A program made the position numbers and the translations under genes. From positions 1,736,001-1,800,000 of the forward strand of contig JBLDXI010000025.1 of assembly GCA_047495785.1 (NCBI GenBank): 64,000 nucleotides of DNA, written 5' to 3'. The notes beneath the pieces were generated by a model. That model was not told where the DNA came from. It searched no databases and saw nothing but the letters and a program-made list of their open reading frames with translations. The DNA is from Lepidodermella squamata (Eukaryota; Animalia; Gastrotricha). How positions within the stretch are numbered: position 1 is the first letter of the stretch; each line of letters starts with the position of its first letter. Shown here piece by piece: positions 61,628 to 64,000 of the stretch.

Positions 61628-64000
61628 TGTTGGATATTACTATCATTCATTATTATTATTATTATTATTATTTCCGCCAGGCCTTTTGCACGTTATTATT
61701 ATTATATTATTTAAGTGCAAGGCCGATCGCGTGTCGTTCGTGTAGTGCTAAGGTCGCACGCTTCGTAGTTGCTGCGCCTTGCCTCCTAATAGTGACTGCG
61801 CCTAGAGCGCCAATTGATAACTGTTGTTAGCAGCGCCTAGAGCGCCAAAACCTTATTATTTAATCTCTTGACTGGCAAAGGAGAAGTAGCTAATTCGTCT
61901 CCTTTGCCAGGTTAGTTGTTTATTGCTTTTATAATAAAATGAGCTAATTCGTCTCCTTTGCCAGGTCTTGTGTCTCATCACCGAACTTAGGTCGCTTCTC
62001 TTTGGGCGTTTTCCACTCACACCATACCGTACTCTTCCACAGGTTATGGGCCCAGCGCGCTTCCACTGCGCCTAGAGCGCCAATTGATAACTGTTGTTAG
62101 CAGCGCCTAGAGCGCCAAAACCTTATTATTTAATCTCTTGACTGGCAAAGGAGAAGTAGCTAATTCGTCTCCTTTGCCAGGTTAGTTGTTTATTGCTTTT
62201 ATAATAAAATGAGCTAATTCGTCTCCTTTGCCAGGTCTTGTGTCTCATCACCGAACTTAGGTCGCTTCTCTTTGGGCGTTTTCCACTCACACCATACCGT
62301 ACTCTTCCACAGGTAGCAGAGCGTAGTTTGGCTCCGATGCAGTCTGCGACAATTGCGACAATCGTGGTCACTTGGCTCCTGCCTGCCGTCAACCGCGAAA
62401 GCCGAAATCGGAGCGAAACCGCCGTCGACCTGAACATTTCGCTGGTATGACCGAAGGCGCCGCTTTCGTCGCCGGCGAATCTTTCGACTACGTCTGCGAT
62501 AACTTGGCTCTCGTTGCTGGCTCGCCCACGAAGAACGACGTCTGGATTGCCGACTCGGGATGCAGTGACATGATGTCCCCCGACCTTGGTTCAATGCGCA
62601 ACGTTGTTCTGCTCAGCCGTCCTTTCCGCATCAAGCTTGCTGACGGCAAAATCGTGTTGGCAAAGCAAAAGGGCGACGTCGATGTCCTGTTCAAATTCCA
62701 AGATCGCTCCGAAAAAGCAACAATCTACGATGTTTTACACGTACCCGACCTCGTTGCTAATTTGTTTAGTATTCGCAGGATGACAGCACTCGGTCTCGGG
62801 GCAATCTACCTTGGTGACGATGTCGAGTTCTTCGACCCAAGCACTAAGTCGACAGTCGCTACTGGCAAGTCGCACGGCTCGATGTACCTGATGAACATGG
62901 CCACGGTGCCTCAAGGTTCGGCCTTCGTCGCCGCACCCGCCGAGCTGTGGCATCTCCGCGCTGCACATGTCAACTACGACGCTGTCTCGAAGTTGCCCAA
63001 GATCACCCAAGGATGCACCGTCACTGGTTCTGCACGCCCTTTTTGCGAGCCTTGTGCGCTCGGCAAGGGTCACCGTCTGCCTCACCCTGAAGTGAAACAC
63101 GAACGTGCCGACAAGCCGCTCGACCTCGTTCACTCCGATTTGGCCGGCCCAATCGAGGTGCCAACCATCAATGGTGCCAGATACGCCATGACTTTCGTCG
63201 ATGACAGCACTCGCATGACGCATGTTTACTTTTTGAAAACCAAAGATGAGGCTTTTAACGCTTTGAAAAGCTATGTCGAATTGGTAGAAAATCAGCACCG
63301 TCGAAGACTGGCTACGCTGAGAACGGATGGCGGTGGCGAGTACATTTCGGACGAGATGGCAAACTGGTTACGCGAACGTGGCATTCTCCATGAAATGACG
63401 GCCGCCTACAGTCCCCAGCAAAATGGTGTGGCCGAACGCATGTTCCGTACGCTTTTCGAAGGTTGCCGTACGATTCTGATCCATGCTGATGCTCCCGGCT
63501 GGCTTTGGGGCGAAGCACTCGCTTACGTCTGTTACTGTCGAAATCGTATGCCTAGTCGCTCTATTCGCCCTGGCAAAACTCCATTCGAATTGTGGTTTGG
63601 TCGTCGACCGGACATCTCGATGCTACGTGTTTTCGGCTGTCGCGCTTTCGGTCTCATTCCCGAGAAGGATCGTCACAAGCTCGACCCGAAGTCGAAACTC
63701 TACCGCTTCGTCGGCATCTCCGACTGTCGAAAGGCCTACAAACTTCTCGACCCGTCGTCCAACAGGATCTTCTACCGGTACGACGTCACTTTCAACGAAG
63801 CTTCGTGCAGCTTTCCGCCCGAGCCTCGCCCTGCCGGTGTCAATGGTGATGTGCCGATTCCCGCCGCACCCGCCCCGGCCATTCTTCAACGACCTGTTCG
63901 AACCGTGAAAGTCCCCGAACACCTCAAGGACTACGTCTGCGAAACGCTGCTGGACAAAGTGGGTAAACCCCCGCTTGTCCCCGTTCCTACCGTCGTTCCT
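61628..64000 (+). mobile_element. Ty1/copia LTR retrotransposon (5' part, runs off the window)
   Basis: LTR TGTTGGA...CCACA (61628-62041); copia-type PBS GGTTATGGGCCCAG; then CDNCDNRGHLAPAC knuckle, protease WIADSGCS, LWHLRAAH...CEPC and integrase HSDLAGP/LRTDGGGEY/PQQNGVAER. Confidence 0.95.
61795..62314 (+). repeat. Tandem duplication of the LTR's 3' ~250 bp
   Basis: 61795-62044 is repeated at 62065-62314 (period 270), with no differences seen by eye. Confidence 0.92.

Noticed and set aside
261-63922. Many short ORFs antisense to, or frame-shifted over, ankyrin, RING, Gypsy and copia coding regions
   Set aside because: Shadow ORFs of real coding frames with no independent support
59-64000. 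Prokaryotic defence island, CRISPR array or endosymbiont ankyrin cluster
   Set aside because: Spliceosomal introns, a nuclear receptor and eukaryotic transposons throughout; no repeat-spacer array seen

Overview
Animal (metazoan) genomic DNA with mostly ~45-60 nt GT-AG introns, so the ORF track splits most genes. I cannot name the species. Nearly all host genes are on the minus strand. After splicing by hand, the core of the window (5.2-51.4 kb) is a head-to-tail array of nine TRIM-like genes with the architecture RING - atypical B-box - coiled coil - ankyrin repeats, plus one deleted pseudogene. I label them E, D, A1, B-psi, A2, B1, B2, A3, B3 and C. Four short ankyrin-only paralogs lie at the left end. 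A tandem family of unrecognised helical proteins (X1-X4) lies at the right. The array shows birth-and-death evolution, mosaic paralogs, hypervariable central ankyrin repeats, a conserved phase-0 intron between the E3 and ankyrin modules, and operon-like spacing. Large introns carry transposons (an apparently intact Harbinger; hAT, MULE, pogo, Helitron, LINE and Gypsy remnants), a nested nuclear receptor gene and a SOCS-box remnant. The window ends in a Ty1/copia element whose 5' end has a duplicated LTR segment and two different tRNA-iMet-complementary tracts. All exon structures were inferred by eye and need RNA-seq confirmation.
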